From NCBI GenBank assembly GCA_963734495.1, contig CAVTHK010000001.1:704001-768000 (forward strand): a DNA stretch of 64,000 nucleotides. The letters run 5' to 3'. Positions 11,296 to 20,284 of this stretch are shown here, in pieces. The stretch's first letter is position 1. The number at the start of each line of letters is the position of its first letter. The position numbers were made by a program, and so were the translations under genes. Under the pieces are notes generated by a model. It searched no databases, was not told the DNA's origin, and worked only from the letters and a program-made list of their open reading frames with translations. This DNA is from an uncultured Spirochaetota bacterium. GTDB taxonomy: Bacteria > Spirochaetota > Spirochaetia > SZUA-6 > CAVTHK01.

Positions 11296-11853
11296 ATGTT
11301 CCAGTACAACGCTGAGAGGACTGCCCAAGCCGCGGCCCATCTGATCCGGCGCGCGGGCGGCCGTATCAACTACATGAAGCTCATCAAGCTCCTCTACATG
11401 GCTGATCGCGGCTCCTTGGCGAGGTGGGGTCAGCCGATCACAGGTGACCGCTTCGTGTCGATGCCGCACGGCCCTGTTCTGACCCGCGTGTACGATCAGA
11501 TCACCACGGGACCGGACCCAGCCGTGTCACTCGCCCCGTGGTTTCGACTGATCGAGCGCGAAGGCTACGATGCGAGGAATGTCTCAGACGATCCGGCTAC
11601 CGACGAACTGAGCCGCCGCGAAGTGGCGCTCCTGGACTCCGTCTTCGACGAGTTCCGAGACATGGACCAGTGGCAAATGCGTGACTATTGCCACGCCGAG
11701 TTGCCCGAGTGGCAAGACCCACAAGGGTCGAGCTATCCCATCCCCTTCGAGCGGGTCCTACAAGTGCTTGGCAAGAGCGCCGAGGAAATCCGCGAGGCCC
11801 ACGAGGAAGCTGCCTTCATGGACTTCGCGCGCGAAGCTCTCGGCGCGGAATGA
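11296..11853 (+). CDS. Panacea-domain (DUF4065/SocA-like) antitoxin
   Basis: MKLIKLLYMADR...GQPITGDRFVSMPHGPV...CHAELPEWQDP. Confidence 0.85.
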   Translation: MFQYNAERTAQAAAHLIRRAGGRINYMKLIKLLYMADRGSLARWGQPITGDRFVSMPHGPVLTRVYDQITTGPDPAVSLAPWFRLIEREGYDARNVSDDPATDELSRREVALLDSVFDEFRDMDQWQMRDYCHAELPEWQDPQGSSYPIPFERVLQVLGKSAEEIREAHEEAAFMDFAREALGAE

Positions 11854-12212
11854 ATGTAGGTGACACTTTCCTCATGGAGCACCCCAGGGGGCGCCGGAAG
11901 CACCTGTTCTTCGTGGTGTTCAAGACAGAGACCGACCGGCTACTGCTTGTTCATGTTTCCTCCATTAAGCTCGGGCGCGACTGCGACACGAGCTGCGTTG
12001 TTCGACGCGGCGAGCACCCCTTCATCAAGCACGATTCCTTCGTGGTGTACTCGGCGGCCATGTTTGCCATAGAGAGTCATGTCGAGGCACAGATTCGTGC
12101 TGGAATCTGTCGACCGCAAGCGTCCGCAAGCCCGGCGCTGCTCAAGCGCATCAGCGACGGCGCACACGTCTCAGCGGCACTGCCTGGGAAATATGCGTCC
12201 TACTTCCCGTGA
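11850..12212 (+). CDS. Putative toxin (possibly MazF/PemK-like fold) coupled to the Panacea gene
   Basis: ATGA overlap; KHLFFVV...LLLVHVSS...DTSCVVRRGEHPFIKHDSFVVY. Confidence 0.6.
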   Translation: MNVGDTFLMEHPRGRRKHLFFVVFKTETDRLLLVHVSSIKLGRDCDTSCVVRRGEHPFIKHDSFVVYSAAMFAIESHVEAQIRAGICRPQASASPALLKRISDGAHVSAALPGKYASYFP

Positions 12213-12285
12213 CGGTAGCGATGCCAAGACACGACTGGGGTGCCGCCGGTCGGCTGTTCACAGGGGAGGACTCGGCCGCGGCGTG

Positions 12286-12816
12286 TCACTTGTCGCACGC
12301 TATGGTCACAACGCCAGCCACTGCACCGAGGCAGATGATCAACGTAATGCCCAAGGCCATCCAGCAGTTGCGCGCGAAGCGCTCGACCACGAGCCGAGGC
12401 GCGCAGGTCTTGCCCAACCGCTTCGCCTTCTCTTCCCGGCTGAGATACAGTGATCGCCACGACCAATTGAACCTGCTCAGGTCGCCCAGGGTGCTGAATT
12501 GCACGTACACGCCGTGAGCCGCGGTGAACATAATCAGCATAAATGCCACCCATTTCACGATCGCGTAGAACGGAGGCGGCAGGTATGGGTGTTGGCTCTG
12601 GAAAAGAAGCACGCAGCTGCCGTCTATGAGGAGAGCGTAGTAGGCGGCCTGCTTGTGGTTGGTCTTGACCCACTGGATTTCTGCCTGGCCGGGTCCCGTG
12701 TCCTGCCCCGCGACGCGCTCCGGGATACGCTCCCTGTTGCGTTCGACCCAGCGCCTGTGCGTGCGCGTCCAGAGCCGGTCCGACCTCTTGGTCGCTCGCG
12801 TCCGCCTGTTCGCCAT
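12286..12816 (-). CDS. Hypothetical membrane protein (about 3 TM segments)
   Basis: Hydrophobic stretches AAYYALLIDGSCVLLF, IVKWVAFMLIMFTAAHGVYV, WMALGITLIICLGAVAGVVTIA. Confidence 0.5.
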   Translation of the reverse strand: MANRRTRATKRSDRLWTRTHRRWVERNRERIPERVAGQDTGPGQAEIQWVKTNHKQAAYYALLIDGSCVLLFQSQHPYLPPPFYAIVKWVAFMLIMFTAAHGVYVQFSTLGDLSRFNWSWRSLYLSREEKAKRLGKTCAPRLVVERFARNCWMALGITLIICLGAVAGVVTIACDK

Positions 12817-13336
12817 AGGACATCATCGGAGCGACGGTCGGACCCGTCAAGGCAGTAGCATCGCCGCCGGAGAGCGTGGCGGCGGCCTTGTAGCGCTTCC
12901 GAGGTAGGGCTTGCCACGTGAAAGCGAGGCCGCGATCGCGCGTGAAGCGATGTTGCCCGGCGACCGACTTTTGGCAGATTATTGGCGCTCAGGTCGAGCT
13001 TCGAGCGCAGCCGCGGCAGACACGCGTAGCGGCCCGAGAACCCGTCCGGGGTATTAGGACGCGGCAAACGTCCCGCCGACGCGCTGGTGGCCCGCGATCA
13101 CGTGGGCCGGGGCACTCTCGCACACGGTTCGGGACTCCGCTTTGAGTTTGGTACCCTGAGCGTTCGCAAAGCCATATGAAATCAACGTCTCGAATCAGGG
13201 TACCAGCCAGGGTACTAAAATCGTAGAAATGTCCGTAGACGTCAGTATCGGCCTGTATTGACAAGACACTGTAAAATACCTACGTTTGTATCACCATGGA
13301 TCGAGTGGTCAATGATGGTACAAGGGGGCCGATTAC

Positions 13337-13390
13337 ATTCAGGGTCTAGTCCGCAATACGCGGGTGGAGGTTCAAGTCCTCTTCCGGGCA
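13337..13390 (+). repeat. att site: 3' half of tRNA-Leu(CAG), not a complete tRNA
   Basis: TTCAGGG anticodon loop, TCTAG 3' stem strand, long variable arm CCGCAATACGCGG, T-arm GGAGG-TTCAAGT-CCTCT, end TCCGGGCA; no D-arm or 5' half upstream. Confidence 0.85.
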
Positions 13391-13506
13391 GTCTTAATCC
13401 CTTGTTTGTAACGAATTAGAAGAACGCCCCCAACTCCCCGGGTTTACAGAACCCGGATCTGGTCTATGCTTTGGTTTTCAAGAGTGAGACTGAAGGAGGC
13501 CGGGGC

Positions 13507-13901
13507 ATGCGAAGAAGCCCTTCCAGGTTCTTCGCCACAGCGCCAAGGCCTCCAGGCATGCGTTCTACGTGTCCTTCCGCGTGCCCGACGGCACCGTCGC
13601 CTCGCCGCGTACCAGCCGCCAGACCTCGCGAGGAGCGGCGGAGACTTGGGCCATCCAGCAGATCAACGAGGGCAAGATCCCAGTCGTCCAGAAGGCCGCC
13701 CCCCGGGAACGTCCGTGAAACTTGTGGCGTCTCCTCACGGATTTCTGGGACTACGACACGTCCAGGCACGTTCGTGGCAAGCTCGCCCGAGGTGGGAGGA
13801 TGAGCTTGACTAGCGACACACACCCGGGGGTCGAAGCCGTCGAGGTCGAGGAGCCTGCGGAACTCCTCGACGGTGAGCGTGCCCCGCTTGCCGCGGCCCA
13901 T
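13507..13901 (+). pseudogene. Tyrosine integrase relic: N-terminal part on +, inverted internal fragment on -
   Basis: AAGGAGG RBS, ATG 13507 out of frame with KKPFQVL...FYVSFRVPDG...RQTSRGAAETWAIQQI...*...DFWDYDTSRHVRGKLARGG; minus strand 13812-13901 reads RGTLTVEEFRRLLDLDGFDPRV. Confidence 0.6.
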
Positions 13902-14065
13902 GATCTTGCAGTAGAGCCACCCGCCACAAATCGGCGCCTTTCGTCCGCCATTTCACAATTGACGCGATATCGGGGCAGTCACTAATCTAGACGCATCGTG
14001 ATCTCACTTGACGGCAGTCGGTGGAGGGCATCGCCGGAATGTGAGCAAGCGACGAGGAGCGGAAG

Positions 14066-14758
14066 TTGAGAAAGTCAGCGTTCATTCTGGGCTGTGGCCT
14101 GCTAGTGGCCGCATGCGGTCGGTCGATGGAGCTGAAGGGGACAACCCTGAATTCCCCACGGCTCGCGTCTGACTTCGCACTCGTCGACCAGCACGGCAAG
14201 CCGTTCCGCCTGGCTGATGCGCGCGGAAAGGTCGTGGTCCTTTCGTTCCTCTACACCCATTGTACAGACGTCTGTCCCTTCGAGGCGCTGAAGATCAAGG
14301 CCGCGATTCCCCTGCTTGGCTCCGACGTCAACGATGTCGCTTTTGTGGCCGTGACGACAGATCCCGAACGCGACACGCAGCAGGTCATGGCTGACTACAG
14401 CCGTGAGGCAGGGCTTTTCGACAGTTGGCACTTCCTCACAGGACCAGTCAAAGACGTCAAACAGGTCTGGGCCGACTACGGCATCGGCGTGGCTGTGAGC
14501 AAGGAGGACCACGACACCGGCGGTTCGGCCGCCGGCAAATCCCAGGGTCGCGAAGAGCCCCCCACACAGGGATTGACTAACGATGACCTCAATACTGCAG
14601 GTCGATTGATCGACCGTTTCGGCGGCGGATATGAAGTGTCACACAGCGCCCCGTACTGGTTCATTGATCGATCAGGAAAGCTTTGCGCGACCATGGACGC
14701 CGACGTGCTGCCCGGCGATATCGCGTACAATGTGCGGGTACTTCTGCACGGACGATAG
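14066..14758 (+). CDS. SCO1/SenC family copper chaperone lipoprotein
   Basis: Lipobox LVAAC; DFALVDQHG; YTHCTDVC (CxxxC); VTTDPERDT; VSHS. Confidence 0.9.
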   Translation: MRKSAFILGCGLLVAACGRSMELKGTTLNSPRLASDFALVDQHGKPFRLADARGKVVVLSFLYTHCTDVCPFEALKIKAAIPLLGSDVNDVAFVAVTTDPERDTQQVMADYSREAGLFDSWHFLTGPVKDVKQVWADYGIGVAVSKEDHDTGGSAAGKSQGREEPPTQGLTNDDLNTAGRLIDRFGGGYEVSHSAPYWFIDRSGKLCATMDADVLPGDIAYNVRVLLHGR

Positions 14759-14781
14759 ACTCACCCGGACTTAGTAGTGCT

Positions 14782-15648
14782 GTGCGCCACGCGCTTGTCG
14801 CCTTTGCCCTGATCCTCTTGCCGTTCGCGCGCTCGAAAGCGGATGGCAACGTGGCGCAGCGCTCGATCGGTATCGACCAGAGGCTTGGGAACGAAGTCCC
14901 GCGCGATGTTGTCTTCACCGATAGCGACGGCGCACGGCTCTCTCTTGGGTCGCTGCTGGGCAGGCCGACCCTTCTTACGTTGGTTTACTATCACTGCCCA
15001 AACATCTGCGACTACCTCCTGACCAACGTGGCGGGCGCATTGACCGCGTTGGCTGCAGACGCGGGCACCTTCTACAACGTCGTGTCCATCAGTATCAACG
15101 ACGCGGAGACCCCCGCTGATGCCGCAAAGGCTAAGCACATCGCCCTTGAGACGATCGAGGCGCCTTTCCCGCCGGCGGCATGGCGGTTTCTGGTCGGAGA
15201 CGAGGCTGGCATCCGCTCCGTGGCGGATGCGGTGGGCTTCAGCTTTCAGCGCAACGGCGACTACTTCGATCACCCGGTGGCGATCGTCATCCTCTCCCCT
15301 TCGGGCAAGGTTGTCCGATACATGTACGGGGCTTCGTTCCTCCCGGCGGAACTGAAGCTGGCCTTTCTGCAGGCCCGCCAGGGAGTCATCGGCGTGAGCG
15401 TCGCGCGCCTCCTCCAGGTGTGCTTCGCGCGCGACCCAGTCAGTCACAGGTTTGTGTTCCGGACACTCCAGGTTGTGGCTACGGTGACCATTCTCATCGC
15501 GGCCGCTTTCGTTGTGTTTCTGGTTCTGTCCTCACAGGCCAGGCGTCGCTTGGGCCAAGAGACTCGCGCTGGTACAAATAGCAGCGAACATGAGGCGACG
15601 ACCGTTCAAGAAGGGCCAAAGCAGGAATCCTCGGGGTCGACCGCGTAG
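14782..15648 (+). CDS. SCO family protein with C-terminal TM helix
   Basis: IGIDQRLG, LVYYHCPNIC, WRFLVGD, FDHPVAIVILSPSGKVVRYMYG; start approximate. Confidence 0.85.
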   Translation: MRHALVAFALILLPFARSKADGNVAQRSIGIDQRLGNEVPRDVVFTDSDGARLSLGSLLGRPTLLTLVYYHCPNICDYLLTNVAGALTALAADAGTFYNVVSISINDAETPADAAKAKHIALETIEAPFPPAAWRFLVGDEAGIRSVADAVGFSFQRNGDYFDHPVAIVILSPSGKVVRYMYGASFLPAELKLAFLQARQGVIGVSVARLLQVCFARDPVSHRFVFRTLQVVATVTILIAAAFVVFLVLSSQARRRLGQETRAGTNSSEHEATTVQEGPKQESSGSTA

Positions 15649-15833
15649 GGGTGACAGCGTTGCCGAACTGCTACGGGCCGGACGAGCGCGGCCTTGATCG
15701 ACGAACTCGGCGCCAGCAGATCGCCTACGTGCCGATTGCCGGGGCGATCGCCGGCGGTGTAGCGGCGGCCGGGCTGGCGATCGACCGCACGGAGGGCCGC
15801 GCGCCGTTGGCCGTGGCGCCCGCGTCCTCCTGA
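15590..15833 (+). pseudogene. DUF5681-like (phage small-terminase-like) relic
   Basis: MRRRPFKKGQSRNPRGRPR then, in another frame, RTRRQQIA...AIAGGVAAAGLAIDRTEGRAP. Confidence 0.55.
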
Positions 15834-16141
15834 GCGCCCTCGGCGTCAACCAGTGAGGATGTGTAAGCCCTTGGCAGTTCCGCATGTGATGACCCTGTCG
15901 CAGCCGCGAAAGTCATCCACTTCGCTTCATGACACTCCTGGGAAATGCGTCTGGCAAGGACATGAGGACCCTGACTTGGGGGACCGTCAGGAAGATTGCG
16001 GCTGCTCCTGCGCCGACCGCGCCCGAACAAGGCCGACCTGGCAAGACACGCTCCCGTGACGCGCGTGGAGGTTGAGCATTTGCATCGACCGCCCGGTCGC
16101 CCAATAATGCCCGCGGGTCGCCCGGTGGAAGGAGCAACTGA

Positions 16142-16504
16142 GTGAATAAGGCAGAGTCCGACAATCGCCCCGGAACGGCGGGTCTTCGACCGAAGGTCGT
16201 GCATATCGATCCCGAAGTACGGGACAGCCAGCGACTGCTCGGTGGTCCCCCGGAGACCGCGACGATGCGGTCGGGTCTCGTTGTGCTCGAGCCGTCCCGG
16301 TCGATCGGCGTTCACACGACAGGAGACTACGAGGAAGTCGTCGTCGTCCTCTCGGGTGTCGGTGAGATGCGGTTGGCGGACGAGACGGCCCTGGGGCTGG
16401 CAGGGGGCTCCATCGCCTATTGCCCGCCGGCGACGGAGCACGATGTCGTCAACACGGGCTCCGAGCCACTGCGGTATGTCTACGTGGTGGCAAAGGCGCG
16501 GTAG
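16142..16504 (+). CDS. Cupin domain protein
   Basis: GVHTTGDYEEVVVVLSGVG...YCPPATEHDVVNTGSEPLRYVYV; AAGGAG RBS. Confidence 0.85.
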   Translation: MNKAESDNRPGTAGLRPKVVHIDPEVRDSQRLLGGPPETATMRSGLVVLEPSRSIGVHTTGDYEEVVVVLSGVGEMRLADETALGLAGGSIAYCPPATEHDVVNTGSEPLRYVYVVAKAR

Positions 16505-16738
16505 ACGTCCCCTGCAGCGCGTTCGTAGTCGTTTGGGTACGAAATGCGGGCGAGCCCACGCATGGCTTCATCAGAACTGGTCGACGCGAACGCCCAGTTG
16601 CCAACAGTTGTCCGCCGCCTGCGCTCAAGAGACGAAGCCTCTTCGGCGGCTCGCGGCGGCTCCCAGCCTCGGGCGATACGGTTGCGAAGGGCCTGCTCCG
16701 AGACGGAGGCTGGCGCGCGCTGGTCCTTCCTGCCGCTT

Positions 16739-18325
16739 TCAGGCGATCCCGATGCGCCTCTTGACCCGCGGTTCGGTTTCGATGATCCGGTCGAGCAACT
16801 GCCGGCACAGGCGCGCGCGCACGTCGGCCACGCGCTGGTCGGCGAACAGGTTGCGCCGCTCGTCCGGGTCGTTGCGCAGGTCGATCAGCATGCCGTCGTC
16901 CCTGCCCGCAAGGAGCGTCAGCTTGAAGTCCCGCGTCACGAGCGTGCGCAGGCACAGCCCGCGGATGTCATCGTCGTCTTCGACGAGCACCGAATCCTGA
17001 ACGCTCGCGGCCTTGCCTTCGAGGATGGGCCGCAGCGACCGGCCCGGCAAGCGGCTCACGCCTTTGTAGATCCCGCCATCCGCATAGTCGCGGTGGTCCT
17101 TGAACGGGCCGGGCCAGTCGGGCACGTGGCCCTGCGGGACCTCGACGCCGCACACGTCGAGGACCGTTGGCACAAAGTCCAGCAGGCTTGCGAGCGCGGT
17201 CGTTCGGTATCCGCCCGGGATGAGCCTTGGCAGGTGGAAGAACAGCGGCACGCGGATAAGGCTCTCGTAGTGGAACGGCCCTTTGCAGAACAGGCCGTGG
17301 TCGCCCATCAGCTCGCCGTGGTCGGCGAGGAACACGATCAGCGTGTTTTCGTACAGCCCCTTGCGCTTGAGGTGCTCGACGATCCTGCCCACACTCTTGT
17401 CCAGCAGGCTGATCATCCCGTAGACCAGAGCCTTTGTCTCTTTTATCTGTTGAAGGCTCCGGAGGTCCGGACCGCCGTCGGTGGAGTGGATGCCACGATC
17501 GCGGTACCAGCTCGTGTGGTAAAAGCCGGGCATGTCCGCGCGGGGGTCGTCGAAAGCGACCGGGTCCGGCACCTGGTCGGCGTGGTACATCTGCGACCAC
17601 GGCGCCGGAGGGCCAAATGGGAAGTGCGGGTCCGGGTTCGAGCACCACAGAAAAAACGGACGGTCCGGATCCCTGGCGTCGATGCTTTCGATGGTGCGCC
17701 GCGTTATCCACTCGGTGTAGTACAGCTCCTCCGGGACCGTGGAGAAGTACGTGTTCGGGCAGAGCGTCGGTTGCGTGCTCTCCTGGGCCCGCAGGGCAGC
17801 GGCGACCTGGGGATGCTCTTCCTGCAACCCGTTGAAGTACTCGCCAAAGCAGTAGCTGCCGTGGCCACCGAGGAAATGCGTCTTGTCGAGCCCCATGAAT
17901 CCTTTGGGCAGCCGCGTGATGGTGCCCCGCTTCCACGGGGTTTCGCACTCCGGCAGCAGGACCGGATCGTAGTCCGTGACCTGGGGGCTCTTCTCCGGCG
18001 CCAGGTGCCAGGACTTGACGTGGATCTTGCCCACGGAGATCGTCTGGTATCCCGCGGAGCCGAGCAAGCGCGGCAGGGTGAGAGCGTCGTCGTCAAGATC
18101 GACGCCGTTGGTGCGCACGCCGTGGCCGCGCGGTGTCTGGCCCGTCCAGAGTGTGGCGCGCGAAGGCATGCACAAAGGCGTTTCGCAGTAGGCGTTCTCG
18201 AATATCAGCCCGCCGGCGGCAAGGTCGTCCAGCGCCGGCGTTTTGAGCACCGGATCGCCCGCGTAGCCCATCCATCGAAAGCAGTGCTGGTCGGTGACAA
18301 AGACAAGGATGTTGGGCTTGGACAC
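16739..18325 (-). CDS. Sulfatase (Cys-type)
   Basis: PNILVFVTDQH, CMPSR motif, GKIH, PDPHFPF, ADHGE. Confidence 0.93.
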   Translation of the reverse strand: MSKPNILVFVTDQHCFRWMGYAGDPVLKTPALDDLAAGGLIFENAYCETPLCMPSRATLWTGQTPRGHGVRTNGVDLDDDALTLPRLLGSAGYQTISVGKIHVKSWHLAPEKSPQVTDYDPVLLPECETPWKRGTITRLPKGFMGLDKTHFLGGHGSYCFGEYFNGLQEEHPQVAAALRAQESTQPTLCPNTYFSTVPEELYYTEWITRRTIESIDARDPDRPFFLWCSNPDPHFPFGPPAPWSQMYHADQVPDPVAFDDPRADMPGFYHTSWYRDRGIHSTDGGPDLRSLQQIKETKALVYGMISLLDKSVGRIVEHLKRKGLYENTLIVFLADHGELMGDHGLFCKGPFHYESLIRVPLFFHLPRLIPGGYRTTALASLLDFVPTVLDVCGVEVPQGHVPDWPGPFKDHRDYADGGIYKGVSRLPGRSLRPILEGKAASVQDSVLVEDDDDIRGLCLRTLVTRDFKLTLLAGRDDGMLIDLRNDPDERRNLFADQRVADVRARLCRQLLDRIIETEPRVKRRIGIA

Positions 18326-18423
18326 GCTGAAGCCTTTCTCGCCGGCATTGTCGGGGCGGGCGCCGCCATGTCAAGGGTTCGTTGCCGTTGACGCGGCTCG
18401 GGGTTGCCCCTAAGATCGCGGCT

Positions 18424-19344
18424 ATGCTCAGGACCGCAACTACCGGCACCCTGGCCCGTAGCCTCGTCAAGCACCGCTACATCTACCTGATGGTCCTCCC
18501 CGTCCTGATTTACTACACGCTGTTCCACTACGTCCCGATGGGCGGCGCCGTGATCGCGTTCCAGGACTACAACCCCGCCAAGGGCTTCGCGGGCAGCCGC
18601 TGGATCGGCTGGGAGAACTTCAGGGACTTTCTGTGGGGACACTACGCGTGGCGGCTCATCCGCAACACGGTGCTGCTCAACGTGTACCAGATCGTCTTTG
18701 GCTTTCCCGCGCCGATCGTCCTCGCGCTCCTGATCAACGAGATGAAGACCGGCATGTTCAAGAAGTCCATGCAGACCATCAGCTACATGCCGCACTTTAT
18801 CTCGATCGTGGTCGTGTGCGGGATGCTCGTGGATTTCTCGCGGACCGACGGTTTCTTCAACGACGTGATCGTCGCCATGGGGGGCGAGCGGACCAGCCTC
18901 CTCGCCCGGGCGGAGCTGTTCCGTACGATCTTTACCGCAAGCGGGGTCTGGCAGGGGGTGGGATGGGGCAGCATCATCTACCTCGCCACGCTCTCCACGG
19001 TCGACCCCAACCTGCAGGAGGCCGCGGTCATCGACGGCGCCAGCCGCGTCCAGCGGATGATCCACATCTCGCTGACCGCGATCATCCCGGTGATCGTGAT
19101 CCAGCTCATCATGCGCGTCGGCAACATCATGACCCAGGGCTTTGAAAAGGTGATCCTGCTCTACAGCCCGCTCACCTACGAGACGGCCGACGTGATCTCC
19201 AGCTACGTATACCGGCGCGGGCTCGTGGAGATGGACTACAGCTTTGGCGCGGCGGTCGGGATCTTCAACTCGATCGTCAACCTGTCGGTCCTCTGGGCGG
19301 CCAATTCCCTCGCCCGGCGGATGTCCAGCGAGAGCCTCTGGTAG
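18424..19344 (+). CDS. Carbohydrate ABC transporter permease (LplB-like)
   Basis: LIRNTVLLN, ISYMPHFIS, GWGSIIYLA, EAAVIDGASR. Confidence 0.92.
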   Translation: MLRTATTGTLARSLVKHRYIYLMVLPVLIYYTLFHYVPMGGAVIAFQDYNPAKGFAGSRWIGWENFRDFLWGHYAWRLIRNTVLLNVYQIVFGFPAPIVLALLINEMKTGMFKKSMQTISYMPHFISIVVVCGMLVDFSRTDGFFNDVIVAMGGERTSLLARAELFRTIFTASGVWQGVGWGSIIYLATLSTVDPNLQEAAVIDGASRVQRMIHISLTAIIPVIVIQLIMRVGNIMTQGFEKVILLYSPLTYETADVISSYVYRRGLVEMDYSFGAAVGIFNSIVNLSVLWAANSLARRMSSESLW

Positions 19345-19356
19345 GGCGGGAAACCG

Positions 19357-20232
19357 ATGGTCGAGCGAAACAGTCGGGGCGACACGATCTTTCTCGCGAC
19401 CGACTACGTGCTTGTCACGCTGGTCTGCCTCCTGTGCCTGTACCCCATGGTGCACGTGCTGTTCTCCTCGATCAGCAATCCCATCCGGCTCATGCAGCAC
19501 TCGGGCATCATGCTGTGGCCCGTGGGCTTTTCGCTCAAGGGCTACTCGATGGTGTTTGCCAACCCCAACATCCTGAGCGGGTACGGGAACACGTTCATCT
19601 ACACGACCGCCGGCACGGCGCTCAACCTTCTCATGAGCGCGCTCGGCGCCTATTCCCTGTCGCGCAAGGACTACCCGGGCAAGACCGCGATCACGCTTCT
19701 CATCGTCTTCACCATGTACTTTTCCGGCGGGCTGATCCCGCACTTTCTGCTGGTCAAGGGCCTGGGCATGTTCAACTCGCGCCTCGCGCTGATCATCCCG
19801 CCGGCGATCAACACCTGGAACCTGATCGTGATGCGGACCTCGTTCAGGCAGATCCCGGACAGCCTCGAGGAATCCGCCAAGATGGACGGCGCCAACGACT
19901 TTGTGATCCTGTTCCGGATCTTTCTGCCCGTGGCCAAAGCGACGATGGCGGTCATGGCCCTGTTCTACGGGGTGGCCCACTGGAACTCGTGGTTCAGCGC
20001 GATGATCTTTCTCCAGGAGCGCTCGCTGTACCCGCTGCAGCTCTTTCTGCGCGAGATCCTGATCTCCAGCTCGGTGGCCGGGAACATCGCGCAGGACTCC
20101 GACGTCTTTTTCATGGAGGCGCTTATCAAGAACACGACGATCGTCATCGCGACGGTGCCGATCCTGTGCGCCTACCCGTTCGCGCAGAGGTACTTTATGC
20201 GGGGCCTGATGCTCGGATCGCTCAAGGAGTAG
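19357..20232 (+). CDS. Carbohydrate ABC transporter permease (LplC-like)
   Basis: FTMYFSGGLIP, EESAKMDGAN, VAHWNSWF, YPFAQRYF. Confidence 0.92.
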   Translation: MVERNSRGDTIFLATDYVLVTLVCLLCLYPMVHVLFSSISNPIRLMQHSGIMLWPVGFSLKGYSMVFANPNILSGYGNTFIYTTAGTALNLLMSALGAYSLSRKDYPGKTAITLLIVFTMYFSGGLIPHFLLVKGLGMFNSRLALIIPPAINTWNLIVMRTSFRQIPDSLEESAKMDGANDFVILFRIFLPVAKATMAVMALFYGVAHWNSWFSAMIFLQERSLYPLQLFLREILISSSVAGNIAQDSDVFFMEALIKNTTIVIATVPILCAYPFAQRYFMRGLMLGSLKE

Positions 20233-20284
20233 GGATCAAGGCGGCCTGCGCCGCAACATGGGAATCGTTCGAGGAGGAGGAGAC

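Larger units (their letters stand above)
1..13390. mobile_element. Integrative element / genomic island (right part; integrase and left att presumably beyond the window edge)
   Basis: HTH + DnaB-N/AAA module, R-M and TA cargo, ending at a 3'-half tRNA-Leu copy preceded by AT-rich DNA with repeated GGTAC motifs. Confidence 0.8.

Noticed and set aside
13300-13390. Functional tRNA-Leu gene
   Set aside because: No 5' acceptor strand, D-arm or 5' anticodon stem; treated as an att copy
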